A stretch of 64,000 nucleotides of DNA from a virus. Below are positions 9,631 to 18,388 of this stretch, piece after piece. The position numbers were made by a program, and so were the translations under genes. The notes beneath the pieces were generated by a model. The model had not been told where the DNA came from and did no database searches. It saw only the letters and a program-made list of their open reading frames with translations. Position 1 is the first letter of the stretch, and each line of letters starts with the position of its first letter. The stretch lies in the IMG/VR virus record IMGVR_UViG_3300025728_000008, positions 64,001 to 128,000 of that record. The stretch is one strand, 5' to 3'.

Positions 9631-9759
9631 GCGTTCTAAGGCTTTTGAATACAAATACTCCAGAATGAATTTTAGAACGCTCTATGAAGCCGAGAGACAG
9701 GTTTAAATTAATTCTAAGATACTCACAGGGACAAAGATTAAAAATAATAATATATTTTG

Positions 9760-9788
9760 TTGACAAATTCGTCTAAGTATAATATAAT
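9760..9788 (+). promoter_or_regulatory. sigmaA promoter for recombinase 1
   Basis: TTGACA-aattcgtctaagtataa(17)-TATAAT. Confidence 0.85.
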
Positions 9789-9830
9789 ATGATTATAGGG
9801 TCACTTAATAAAAATTCGGAGGTCGATATT

Positions 9831-10847
9831 ATGGCAAAATTAGGAAACGTATTTCATTTGAATAGCAGAGAAGAAAATAGAAACCCATATGCAAGTATTC
9901 TTACGTTCTTGAATCGTAAAGGTCAAGACAGTAAAAATACAAAGGATACTTACCAAAGACATATTCAAGATTTCTTTCATTCGATGAGAGGGAAGGAATT
10001 GTCTCAATTACTGGAAGATGACTTAGTATTTACAAAGACACAAACAAAGACATACCAAGTAGCTTTAAAAGAACAATATAAGGGAAGTACAGTTAACAAT
10101 GTTATAAGTGCATTAAAAGAGTGCTATAACCAATTAGAAGATGATGGATTCAATGTAAGTGCATCGTGGTTTAATTTAGAAAGATATGATGAGCATGATT
10201 CAGAAAGTTGGGATGCTTTCACACATCCAGAAGTTATTCAAATTATTAATTTAGTTTCAAGCACAAGAGCAGGTCGTCAAAAGTCATTACTTGTAAGATT
10301 AGCATATGCTACAGCATTTCGTAAAAAGTCATTGTTAGATTTAAAATTCTCTGACATTGTTGAAATTAGTGGAATCTGGTACATCAAAACTTTAGGTAAA
10401 GGTAATAAATGGTCGCACAAAAAATTGTCTGATGACCTATACAATGAGCTTATGAGTTTCAAAGAAGAAGCTAAACGAGACAAAATTTTTACTCTTACAG
10501 TAAAAACAGTAAACAAGATGATGGACTATATCCGTGATAACATTGATTTTGGTGACAGACGAATTGTATTTCATAGCTTCAAAAAAGCAAGTATTGAAGA
10601 AGTAAATGTAATTACAGGTGGAGATTTACGTGCAATGCAAGCGCATGGAGACCATAGCAATCCTGCAACAACAATTGATAATTACCTTGCTAAGAAGAAG
10701 TTAGAAGACCTAGTGGAAGTAGATGTGAATAGTAAAGTGCCAGTTGAAGAATTTGAAAAGCTAACAAGAGATGATTTGCTTGAATTATTAGCAAATGCAG
10801 ACAGAAACATTCAAATACAGTTATTGAGAAAGATGGGTAAAATGTAA
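9831..10847 (+). CDS. Tyrosine recombinase-family protein with degenerate HxxR motif (ORF track start 9789; RBS favours 9831)
   Basis: SAM-like N-domain; TAFRKK (R), GKGNK (K), FHSFKK (HxxK), HGDH, DNY; RBS GGAGGT before ATG 9831. Confidence 0.85.
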   Translation: MAKLGNVFHLNSREENRNPYASILTFLNRKGQDSKNTKDTYQRHIQDFFHSMRGKELSQLLEDDLVFTKTQTKTYQVALKEQYKGSTVNNVISALKECYNQLEDDGFNVSASWFNLERYDEHDSESWDAFTHPEVIQIINLVSSTRAGRQKSLLVRLAYATAFRKKSLLDLKFSDIVEISGIWYIKTLGKGNKWSHKKLSDDLYNELMSFKEEAKRDKIFTLTVKTVNKMMDYIRDNIDFGDRRIVFHSFKKASIEEVNVITGGDLRAMQAHGDHSNPATTIDNYLAKKKLEDLVEVDVNSKVPVEEFEKLTRDDLLELLANADRNIQIQLLRKMGKM

Positions 10848-10862
10848 CCCATCTTTTTTTTA
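10829..10862 (+). terminator. Intrinsic terminator
   Basis: AAAGATGGGT-8nt-ACCCATCTTT followed by a T run. Confidence 0.85.
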
Positions 10863-10869
10863 TTTATAG

Positions 10870-10897
10870 GCATCTTTCTTAGTACCCTGCATATACT
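10870..10897 (+). promoter_or_regulatory. Putative sigmaE/sigmaK-type (sporulation-like) promoter
   Basis: GCAT-16 nt-CATATACT upstream of RBS AAGGAGG and ORF 10918. Confidence 0.5.
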
Positions 10898-10917
10898 GTA
10901 TCAAGGAGGTCGATAAT

Positions 10918-11052
10918 ATGAGAGATAACGAGATTCTGATTTACAAAGTGAATATGAGAAGTGAAGGGTTTAGGGTGACTAAAGTTAAAGACAGTCCACC
11001 AGAAGCTAAATTGTTAAAAGAAATTTTAAAAAAAGATTTAAAAAAGTGGTAA
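10918..11052 (+). CDS. 44-aa hypothetical protein (absent from the ORF track)
   Basis: RBS AAGGAGGT; MRDNEILIYKVNMRSEGFRVTKVKDSPPEAKLLKEILKKDLKKW*. Confidence 0.65.
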   Translation: MRDNEILIYKVNMRSEGFRVTKVKDSPPEAKLLKEILKKDLKKW

Positions 11053-11077
11053 CACATTAGGTAAACGCACATATAAT
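11052..11077 (+). promoter_or_regulatory. Putative sigmaK-type promoter
   Basis: AC-16 nt-CATATAAT; it also contains TATAAT, so a sigmaA reading is not excluded. Confidence 0.45.
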
Positions 11078-11124
11078 ACAGTATAAAGGAAAACAAAACA
11101 ACAACCAAAAGGAGAGGGTTTTAA

Positions 11125-11355
11125 ATGACAACAATGACAATTTCTAAAGGTGTATCTTTCAACGAGTTAAAAGGTATCGTGGAGAATATGAATTTAAGAA
11201 ATTTAAATCACATCTTCCCAAGCAAAATCTCAAACGCAAAGTTGAGACACGAAGGAATTATCGAATTAATCGTTGATGAGGAAGGAACAGTATTTGCGGT
11301 AGTTGAAGGTAGTAACGAACCAATCATGTTTCCGCAACTTGCAACAGTTTGTTAA
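11125..11355 (+). CDS. Hypothetical protein
   Basis: 76 aa, RBS AAGGAGAGG, followed by a terminator. Confidence 0.75.
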   Translation: MTTMTISKGVSFNELKGIVENMNLRNLNHIFPSKISNAKLRHEGIIELIVDEEGTVFAVVEGSNEPIMFPQLATVC

Positions 11356-11384
11356 AGCACCCCGAAAAGGGTGTTTCTTTTTTG
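11355..11384 (+). terminator. Intrinsic terminator
   Basis: AAGCACCC-cgaaaa-GGGTGTTT followed by CTTTTTT. Confidence 0.8.
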
Positions 11385-11410
11385 TTTGTTAATTTCCATA
11401 TTTTTACACA

Positions 11411-11579
11411 TTTTAGCAGGTAGCTTACATCGCCTAATACTATATTATTAATTTATATATAATATATATTAATAGTGTATATATAATAAATAATAATATA
11501 ATTAATAATATATATATTATATATTAAATAAATAAATATAAATAATATAGTATTAGGCGATTTGAGCTACCTGCTAAAA
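11411..11579. repeat. 39-bp inverted repeat enclosing a 91-bp almost pure A/T core; candidate replication origin
   Basis: Arms 11411-11449 and 11541-11579 match at 37/39; the core has only two G and no C. Confidence 0.85.
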
Positions 11580-11598
11580 ATACATCAAAAAAGAGTGC

Positions 11599-12432
11599 TC
11601 ATTGAACACTCTTGAATCTGTAAATATTCGGTTCTCCACCTTCATCAAGATTGACTCTCCACTTTCTTCTTTGCACTGATAACCATTTATGTTTCTCTAA
11701 ATTTCGTACATGTTTCTGAAATGTATCTTTTGCGATTCCTGTTTCTGCAATAAGAATAGACTGACTTAAACCACGGGCATTTCCTTGTAATCCTAAACAT
11801 TTGTATTTGAAGAATGCATATAAATATAAATCAACATTGTCAAGGTCTTCTTCATAAATGAATTTCATATATTCCTTTAACGTAATTTTATGTGTGTTAT
11901 TGTAATTGTATAATGTTCCTACATCACCTTCATTCTCGAAAAAGAAGTTAGGTATTTTTACTGTATAGTTTCTGTTCTTGACAATATCTTTGTACCTGCT
12001 ATAATTAATGTCATCAACGTCTAACATGTTGATTGTGATAAACTCTCTGATGGGGTACTCATTAATCTCTTCCTCGGTATACTCGAAAGTTACAGGATAT
12101 TCTTTAGTTGTAGTCGTGAGTCCTAAATTGTCGAGTATACCCTCTTTTTTTATAACCTTGTCAATTGTCTTAGTCGTGGCATCATATCCTAGTATTTGTT
12201 TAATGTCTTTGTTTTGAATATATGTATCGGTTTCTAAATCAACATAATGTGTATATTTGTAAAGGAAAGCTATTGTAACAATATAAGCATAAGCAAATGA
12301 AACCTGCTTCACATTACTTCTCCCTTGTTTGTCTACGATTTGTGATAATGTTTTAAAAATATGATTTGGTATTTGAACAGAAGCATCGCCATATAACTTC
12401 TGAATATTGTTAAAGTTTTCAATCATGTACAT
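11599..12432 (-). CDS. Tandem winged-helix DNA-binding protein, putative replication initiator
   Basis: 277 aa; two wHTH-like units (IQNKDIKQILGY...GILDNLGL; LSQSILIAETGIAKDTFQKHVRNLEKHKWLSV...PNIYRF); adjacent to the AT-rich inverted repeat. Confidence 0.6.
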   Translation of the reverse strand: MYMIENFNNIQKLYGDASVQIPNHIFKTLSQIVDKQGRSNVKQVSFAYAYIVTIAFLYKYTHYVDLETDTYIQNKDIKQILGYDATTKTIDKVIKKEGILDNLGLTTTTKEYPVTFEYTEEEINEYPIREFITINMLDVDDINYSRYKDIVKNRNYTVKIPNFFFENEGDVGTLYNYNNTHKITLKEYMKFIYEEDLDNVDLYLYAFFKYKCLGLQGNARGLSQSILIAETGIAKDTFQKHVRNLEKHKWLSVQRRKWRVNLDEGGEPNIYRFKSVQ

Positions 12433-12476
12433 AGAATCCTCTCCTTTTAGCCTATTTAAACTACCTCCTAAAACGG

Positions 12477-12505
12477 ATTATAACATAAGACAATCTCAAA
12501 GTCAA
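12477..12505 (-). promoter_or_regulatory. sigmaA promoter for the Rep-like gene
   Basis: TTGACT-ttgagattgtcttatgt(17)-TATAAT. Confidence 0.75.
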
Positions 12506-12548
12506 GTAAATATATTGTAAATTTTCTAACTTTATGTACCAGATTTCT

Positions 12549-12577
12549 TTGACAAAAGCAAAATATAATGGTATAAT
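12549..12577 (+). promoter_or_regulatory. sigmaA promoter (divergent from the previous one)
   Basis: TTGACA-aaagcaaaatataatgg(17)-TATAAT. Confidence 0.85.
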
Positions 12578-12629
12578 AATATTATAAGGTAATACGTTAC
12601 CTTGCATAGACGACAGGTGGTGAAATTGA

Positions 12630-13076
12630 TTGGGGTCTGTAAGTATTGACATTAAGAAAAAGGAAAGAGAATATCAACACGTAAATCTTTCAGATGATGA
12701 CACAATAAAGTATTTAATATCGTATCGAAGTAAATTGGATAAAGCATATGGTGCATATTCAAATATTGAAATAAATCAAGCAGGAGATAATTTCGATTTC
12801 AATCAAGAAATAATAGTCTTGTATGCATCACTCGATAAACTTGTAGAACAAACAGTATTAACAAAGAAACAAAGAAAATTATTACATATGCTATATGAAG
12901 GACATACCATTCCAGACATAGTTGAATTGACGGAATCAGATAGCTCGGCAACTTATCAAATGTTAGACCGATTGGCAGGAAAGATAGCGGATACAAACAA
13001 TGACCTTTGGCACTATATGATGGGACACAAAGGAAAATTATTAAACAAGAAAGAGGGTTGTTTAGATGAAAATTAG
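12630..13076 (+). CDS. Sigma-70 region-4-like HTH regulator
   Basis: LTKKQRKLLHMLYEGHTIPDIVELT...ATYQMLDRLAGKI pattern; TTG start, RBS AGGTGGTG. Confidence 0.65.
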   Translation: MGSVSIDIKKKEREYQHVNLSDDDTIKYLISYRSKLDKAYGAYSNIEINQAGDNFDFNQEIIVLYASLDKLVEQTVLTKKQRKLLHMLYEGHTIPDIVELTESDSSATYQMLDRLAGKIADTNNDLWHYMMGHKGKLLNKKEGCLDEN

Positions 13077-13099
13077 AACAGCAAAAATGATTAACGGTT

Positions 13100-13450
13100 A
13101 TGGTGAAGGGAATGTTATCAATGAAGATTCAGCTACCCAATGGAAAACAAAAAACTTTGGATGACAATATCCCGTTAGAAGAAAAAAAGAAAGTTGTACA
13201 GGAACTCACAGATAAGTGGGAAGCAATAGTTAGGTTAAATTGGCACAGCAAGTCAGTAAAGTATTTTTTAGATTCTTTAGCCAATTATCTTGTCTGGCAC
13301 AAAGAAGAAGATGAGAAACAATCAGAAGATAAAGAAGTTATGTCTAGGAATAAGACTAACAGATTACATCGAGGTAGAAAAGACATTCCGTTTTCATGTT
13401 TGAATGATAAAGATTCAGAATTATTATTTGGTGAGAGAGGTGGAGAGTAA
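13100..13450 (+). CDS. Hypothetical phage protein
   Basis: 116-aa ORF in operon; start may be 13121. Confidence 0.7.
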   Translation: MVKGMLSMKIQLPNGKQKTLDDNIPLEEKKKVVQELTDKWEAIVRLNWHSKSVKYFLDSLANYLVWHKEEDEKQSEDKEVMSRNKTNRLHRGRKDIPFSCLNDKDSELLFGERGGE

Positions 13451-13746
13451 TGAGCAAGAAACTAACAAGATTAGAAAAAAGTACAGCTATTCTCAAACAC
13501 TCGAAATCCTCACAGTGGCGATACGTTAATACAGAAAATGAATTTACATACATGAATTTGAAATTTGTTATTAGTGAAAATGTTGAAGAATATAAAGTTT
13601 ACAATAAAGCAGGAACAATAAAAGATTATACGAATGAAGCGTATATGGAACAAATCTTGGTCGTGGTTGACCAAGAAGGATTGTTAAAATTCTATAATCA
13701 AAATTACGAATACATTGAACCTCAAAATATTAGAATATTAGTTTAA
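13450..13746 (+). CDS. Hypothetical phage protein
   Basis: 98 aa, translationally coupled (TAATG). Confidence 0.7.
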   Translation: MSKKLTRLEKSTAILKHSKSSQWRYVNTENEFTYMNLKFVISENVEEYKVYNKAGTIKDYTNEAYMEQILVVVDQEGLLKFYNQNYEYIEPQNIRILV

Positions 13747-13760
13747 AGGAGTGAAGTTGA

Positions 13761-14057
13761 TTGAACTTATCAGACCTAATTCATGAAGTCTGGAAAGACG
13801 AACGTGTAAGAAAACTTAAAATCAGAAAAAGTGAAGTAAGAGTAATTGTCAAAGTGGCAGTTGAACATATGGTAAACGGATTAATTAACAATGGAAAGCT
13901 AATGCTTACCAACTTATTTACTCTAGATATTCGAAAAATAAAGGGACGTAAAATTATGAATCTGCAAACAGGCAAGCACATGCATAGTAAAGATTATTAC
14001 AAGGTTGGGTTAGAGCCATCCAAAAAACTAAAAAACGAATTAAAAAAACTAAAATAA
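13761..14057 (+). CDS. HU/IHF-like DNA-binding protein
   Basis: MNLSDLIHEV...GKLMLTNLFTLDIRKIKGRKIMNLQTGK...VGLEPSKKLK HU signature. Confidence 0.85.
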   Translation: MNLSDLIHEVWKDERVRKLKIRKSEVRVIVKVAVEHMVNGLINNGKLMLTNLFTLDIRKIKGRKIMNLQTGKHMHSKDYYKVGLEPSKKLKNELKKLK

Positions 14058-14074
14058 TCTAGGGAGAGATTAAT

Positions 14075-15304
14075 ATGAAATTTATCGTTGATACAAATGC
14101 ATTACTTAAAAATCCAGAAGTTGTTTTTGAATTTGATTGTGTGATTCCAAGTCACGTACTTAGAGAAGTAGAACAACTTGAACTGAAACGTAAAAGTGAT
14201 AGAACTTTACAATTTGAGATTCGTAGACTAAAACGATTCCTTGATGAGAATGAAGACAATCCGCATGTATACATTGATTTAAAAGATTACAAGTTTACAT
14301 TAGAAGAAGGTGGACTTGATGACCAATATGTAGATAATATCCTATTACAAGTTGCTGTGGATAACGGATACGGAATGATTACAAATGACCGTCTGTTAAA
14401 AGAGAAATGTAAGTTATACAAGATTCCTGTGCAAAAAATGGATGTAAGTAATTTCGTTGACAATAAAGGATTCCAAGAAGTTGAATTAGCAGAACCATTA
14501 CATAACAGACTTATGGAAAACCCAGAAATCAACCACTTTGATTTAATGGTAAATGAATACGCTATCGTAAATAATGTTAAAGACGGAGAGTTAATTGACA
14601 TTGTAAAATGGACAGGTGAAGTTACAAAGTCTTTACGTGATGCACAAGGAAAGCTAGGAGCTAAGTTTAAAACAAATCAATTCCATTACTTCCAACCACG
14701 TGATGAGCAACAAATCATGGCAATTGATTCAATTAGAGAAAACCAATTAACAATCTTACGTGGTCGTGCAGGAAGTGGTAAATCATTAATTACACTTAAC
14801 ACTGCTTGGAGAATGGTTGAAGAAGAAGGATACAAGCTTGTAATGTTTGTTAACCCAACACCATTACGTGAAGCACAAGAGCTTGGATTCTACAAAGGAG
14901 ACCGAATGGAAAAATTAATGCAGTCAGCAGTTGGGACAATGCTTAAATCTAAATTCGGTGACGAAATGGCTATTGAACAACAAATTCTAGAAAACAAATT
15001 AGACATTCTACCATTCGTAGATTTACGTGGATGGGATTCTGGAGACAGTAAAACGATTGTTTGGATTTTAGAAGCACAGAACCTAACAGCAGATTTAATG
15101 AAGCTTGGATTACAACGTATCACAGAAAGTACTAAAGTAGTAGTAGATGGAGATTACTTTGCACAGGTAGATAAAGATTCATACGCTTCAAACAATGGTA
15201 TGAAACGTATGTCAGAAGTATTCCGTGGAATGGATTTATTCGGAGAAGTTGAATTACAACAAGTACACCGCAGTCGTGTCGCAGATATTGCAGAATTAAT
15301 GTAG
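14075..15304 (+). CDS. phoH: PIN-PhoH (PhoH2/YlaK-like) RNase-ATPase
   Basis: N-terminal PIN (IVDTNALL, VDNILL, ITNDRLL); PhoH GRAGSGKS, LGFYKGD, LRG, EAQNLT. Confidence 0.9.
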   Translation: MKFIVDTNALLKNPEVVFEFDCVIPSHVLREVEQLELKRKSDRTLQFEIRRLKRFLDENEDNPHVYIDLKDYKFTLEEGGLDDQYVDNILLQVAVDNGYGMITNDRLLKEKCKLYKIPVQKMDVSNFVDNKGFQEVELAEPLHNRLMENPEINHFDLMVNEYAIVNNVKDGELIDIVKWTGEVTKSLRDAQGKLGAKFKTNQFHYFQPRDEQQIMAIDSIRENQLTILRGRAGSGKSLITLNTAWRMVEEEGYKLVMFVNPTPLREAQELGFYKGDRMEKLMQSAVGTMLKSKFGDEMAIEQQILENKLDILPFVDLRGWDSGDSKTIVWILEAQNLTADLMKLGLQRITESTKVVVDGDYFAQVDKDSYASNNGMKRMSEVFRGMDLFGEVELQQVHRSRVADIAELM

Positions 15305-15333
15305 AGTGAGCCTTATGGCTTACTCTTTTTTTT
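15303..15333 (+). terminator. Intrinsic terminator
   Basis: AGAGTGAGCC-ttat-GGCTTACTCT followed by a T run. Confidence 0.85.
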
Positions 15334-15356
15334 AGGTAAATAATCTAAGACATTAT

Positions 15357-15385
15357 TTGACAGTACTAAAAAATAATGGTATAAT
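15357..15385 (+). promoter_or_regulatory. sigmaA promoter
   Basis: TTGACA-gtactaaaaaataatgg(17)-TATAAT. Confidence 0.85.
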
Positions 15386-15435
15386 TGAGTCGTGCAACCT
15401 TTTTGCACAAATTATATTTAAAGAGGTGAACTGAA

Positions 15436-15753
15436 ATGGCAAGAAATATAAAGCTTGGTGTTTCGAATGTGGAAGTAATAGGCGGTGACAATCTTGAAGG
15501 AAGATTAAAGAACGTAATGATATCTGGTGTTAGAATGCAGTTAGATGATATCAAGTGTAAAGAAGTCACTGTTATTGCTCGTAAAAGTAATACAGGCTCT
15601 ATTTATATCGGTGGTAAAGATGTTAGTGGAACTAATTTTGGAGTAGAACTGGAAGCAAATGAAAGTTTTACATTTATGATTAGCAACTCAAATCTGATAT
15701 ATATAGATGCATCTGTAAGTGGCGAGGGTGTATCATATGTCACGATTTTCTAG
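15436..15753 (+). CDS. Small beta-rich protein, partner of the beta-helix protein
   Basis: 105 aa; RBS GAGGTG; NTGSIYIGG...GVELEANES motif. Confidence 0.7.
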   Translation: MARNIKLGVSNVEVIGGDNLEGRLKNVMISGVRMQLDDIKCKEVTVIARKSNTGSIYIGGKDVSGTNFGVELEANESFTFMISNSNLIYIDASVSGEGVSYVTIF

Positions 15754-18325
15754 TAATAAGGGTGGTAGTGGTGGTGCTTCTAATCTAAGTGGGTTAAAAG
15801 ACATCATATTTAATCCATTACCAGTTGAAGGAGATGTATTGACTTATGATTCATCTATTTCAAAATGGAAAGCAAAACCACCTAGTAATTCAAATGGTGG
15901 AGTATACTTCTTAGACTTGTCACGTTGGTCTGTAAAGAACAATGGAACAAACGCAGTAGCAACTACTAAAGGTATAAATGATGCTCTTACATGGGCATCT
16001 GGACAAGGTTATATTGAAGTTATTTTACCTAGAGGAACTTATCTTATTGATAAGGATAGTGCGATTGAACCTAAGAGTTTTATGACGTTTAATCTTAACG
16101 GGTCAACATTAAGGAAAGAGACAAATGGATACGAAACATATTCTGTTATTTCATTTAAACGTAATCAAATTTTCTCAAGAGTAACTAATGGAATCATCAA
16201 AGGAGATAAAGACACTCATGATTACACAACAGTTACAGGAACACATGAAGGAGGATTTGGTATTTCTTTAGGAAGCTTTACTCCTATTGCTGATGGTGGA
16301 AATAACATCCGACACATTTGTATTGATAATTTAGATATTTCAGAATGTACAGGAGATGCAATTGTTACAGCTAGTTTATTTGGTCAAATATTCCCAACTC
16401 CTACCAACTTAGCAAACTCATGGGAACAAGGAGCTATCAGTACTGTAGATGGAACTTCTGTTGTAAGTACTTCAAAAATTCGCTCAACATTAAAAATAGA
16501 CATGGCACAACCCGAAATAGTTAAATATGGATACTTTGGATTATATGGTGATGGTTATGGAGGACTAGGTGCAGAAATTTTATGTGACTACTATGATGTA
16601 TTCTTTTATACTTCTGGTGATGTATTTATTTCGTCAGAGTCAAATATTCAGTTCTTTGAAGATATTGATGTTCCTGCAAACGCTAAATGGGCAAAAGTAA
16701 TGTTGCATCAAAGCAATGTCCCAACACCTTCAAAATGTACAATTAACGTAAGAACTGCTTCATTTGGTCAATATATTTACATTGAGAAATGTGACCTTCA
16801 TCATTGTAGAAGACAAGGAATAAGTGTTGGTGGAACAAAAAATCTTTATATTAGAGATAACAATATTCACCACATAAAAGGAACACTTCCAGAAAGTGGA
16901 ATAGATGTTGAGGATGGATACGACATCAACCAATATATCCATATTGAAAATAACAATTTCCATCACAATGACAAATACAACATAATTGTTGTAAATGGTA
17001 AAAACGTATATATTCAAGGAAATACATTATCTAAAACAATGAATATAGGTTATGTTGGATTAGCAGTTAATGGTGGGGCGGATAATGTTATTGTTACACA
17101 TAACACTATTAAACTAAACAAAGTTGTTCTGTCTGGAGAAACGATTTTTGCTAACAACTATGTATATGGAACACAAGTAAACTTGAGTCCTGTTTATGCT
17201 ACACGAAAAATAAAAGTTCTTAATAATATTTTCTACAACATCAAAATGGTAATGGATTCTCCATTTGCTTATGCAGTAGAAGTTGAAAGTTGCAAATTCC
17301 TTAATGATGCTGATAAACTTAATTCTTTAAGTAATACATTACGATTTACACTTGATATTAAACAAGAACCACAAACATTTATTGATTGTATATTTGAAGG
17401 ACAAGATGTAGATTATTTAAGCTATGTTGCTTCAAATGCTACATTTAAACAAGGTTGGGTATTCCAAAATTGTAGATTCAAAAATACAAAAAATCCTAAT
17501 TTCATTGCAGGTAAATATTTAAATTGTGAATTTACTGATTTGACATCTCCAATTAACTTATCTAGAAACAACGATGGAACAAACAGCTTAGAATTAAGAG
17601 GTTGTAAATTTAATTCAACTGACAACAATAACGCAATGTTTACACTTGGAACTATACGTTCATTCGTAATGAAGGATTGTGTAATTGAGAAAACTAGTGG
17701 TTATGTATTTACAATACAAGCTATCTCTAATGAAGTCATTATCAATGACAACATAATTAAAATTACAAATGATGTTCTTCCAAGAGCAGTCATGACTTTT
17801 GAATCTTCATTCACAGGAAACTATATTAGTGTTGATAACAATTTCATCTTAGCAACAAACAGCACTCAAGTAGCTGTAGATAATAAAACAACAAATAATC
17901 CAGTATTTGTAATTAGAAATAACAACTTAAAGAAAACTACAGTCACAAGAAATGGTAAAGAGGTTGTAATTGGAAACATTATTGATGGAGTAATAGACCC
18001 TTATTTCAAATCAGCAAGCGCTCCAACATCATTATATTGGAAAGCAGGTCAAATCATTCAAAATACTTCATTAACATCTGGAGGATATATTGGATGGGTT
18101 TGTACAACAGATGGAACAGCAAACAATCAAGCATGGGTAGCGACTACACCTTACACAGTAAATACTGTAGTTAACGTAAATGGTAAAGTATACAAATGTA
18201 CGGTTGCAGGTACGAGTAGTTCAATTGCTCCAAGTCATACAACTGGAACTGCTTCTGATGGAACTGTAACATGGCAATATGTTGATGTATTAGCTGTGTT
18301 TAAAGCCTATGGATTAATTCAATAA
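15737..18325 (+). CDS. Right-handed parallel beta-helix (pectate-lyase-like) protein with C-terminal CBM5/12-like module (ORF track start 15719)
   Basis: GINDAL...VILPRGTYLI, RRQGISV, SGIDVE, repeated I.NN.I; C-terminal WVATTPYTVNTVVNVNGKVYKC...PSHTTG...TWQY. Confidence 0.8.
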   Translation: MSRFSSNKGGSGGASNLSGLKDIIFNPLPVEGDVLTYDSSISKWKAKPPSNSNGGVYFLDLSRWSVKNNGTNAVATTKGINDALTWASGQGYIEVILPRGTYLIDKDSAIEPKSFMTFNLNGSTLRKETNGYETYSVISFKRNQIFSRVTNGIIKGDKDTHDYTTVTGTHEGGFGISLGSFTPIADGGNNIRHICIDNLDISECTGDAIVTASLFGQIFPTPTNLANSWEQGAISTVDGTSVVSTSKIRSTLKIDMAQPEIVKYGYFGLYGDGYGGLGAEILCDYYDVFFYTSGDVFISSESNIQFFEDIDVPANAKWAKVMLHQSNVPTPSKCTINVRTASFGQYIYIEKCDLHHCRRQGISVGGTKNLYIRDNNIHHIKGTLPESGIDVEDGYDINQYIHIENNNFHHNDKYNIIVVNGKNVYIQGNTLSKTMNIGYVGLAVNGGADNVIVTHNTIKLNKVVLSGETIFANNYVYGTQVNLSPVYATRKIKVLNNIFYNIKMVMDSPFAYAVEVESCKFLNDADKLNSLSNTLRFTLDIKQEPQTFIDCIFEGQDVDYLSYVASNATFKQGWVFQNCRFKNTKNPNFIAGKYLNCEFTDLTSPINLSRNNDGTNSLELRGCKFNSTDNNNAMFTLGTIRSFVMKDCVIEKTSGYVFTIQAISNEVIINDNIIKITNDVLPRAVMTFESSFTGNYISVDNNFILATNSTQVAVDNKTTNNPVFVIRNNNLKKTTVTRNGKEVVIGNIIDGVIDPYFKSASAPTSLYWKAGQIIQNTSLTSGGYIGWVCTTDGTANNQAWVATTPYTVNTVVNVNGKVYKCTVAGTSSSIAPSHTTGTASDGTVTWQYVDVLAVFKAYGLIQ

Positions 18326-18353
18326 AAAATTTCAAATAATGTAACATATTTAT

Positions 18354-18382
18354 TTGACAAACATAAAAGATAATGATATACT
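18354..18382 (+). promoter_or_regulatory. sigmaA promoter
   Basis: TTGACA-aacataaaagataatga(17)-TATACT. Confidence 0.8.
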
Positions 18383-18388
18383 ATGAAT

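Noticed and set aside
11411-11579. Protelomerase (telRL) site or MITE
   Set aside because: It is not a continuous palindrome through the centre, there is no recognisable protelomerase in the window, and no target-site duplication is visible. Not fully excluded.
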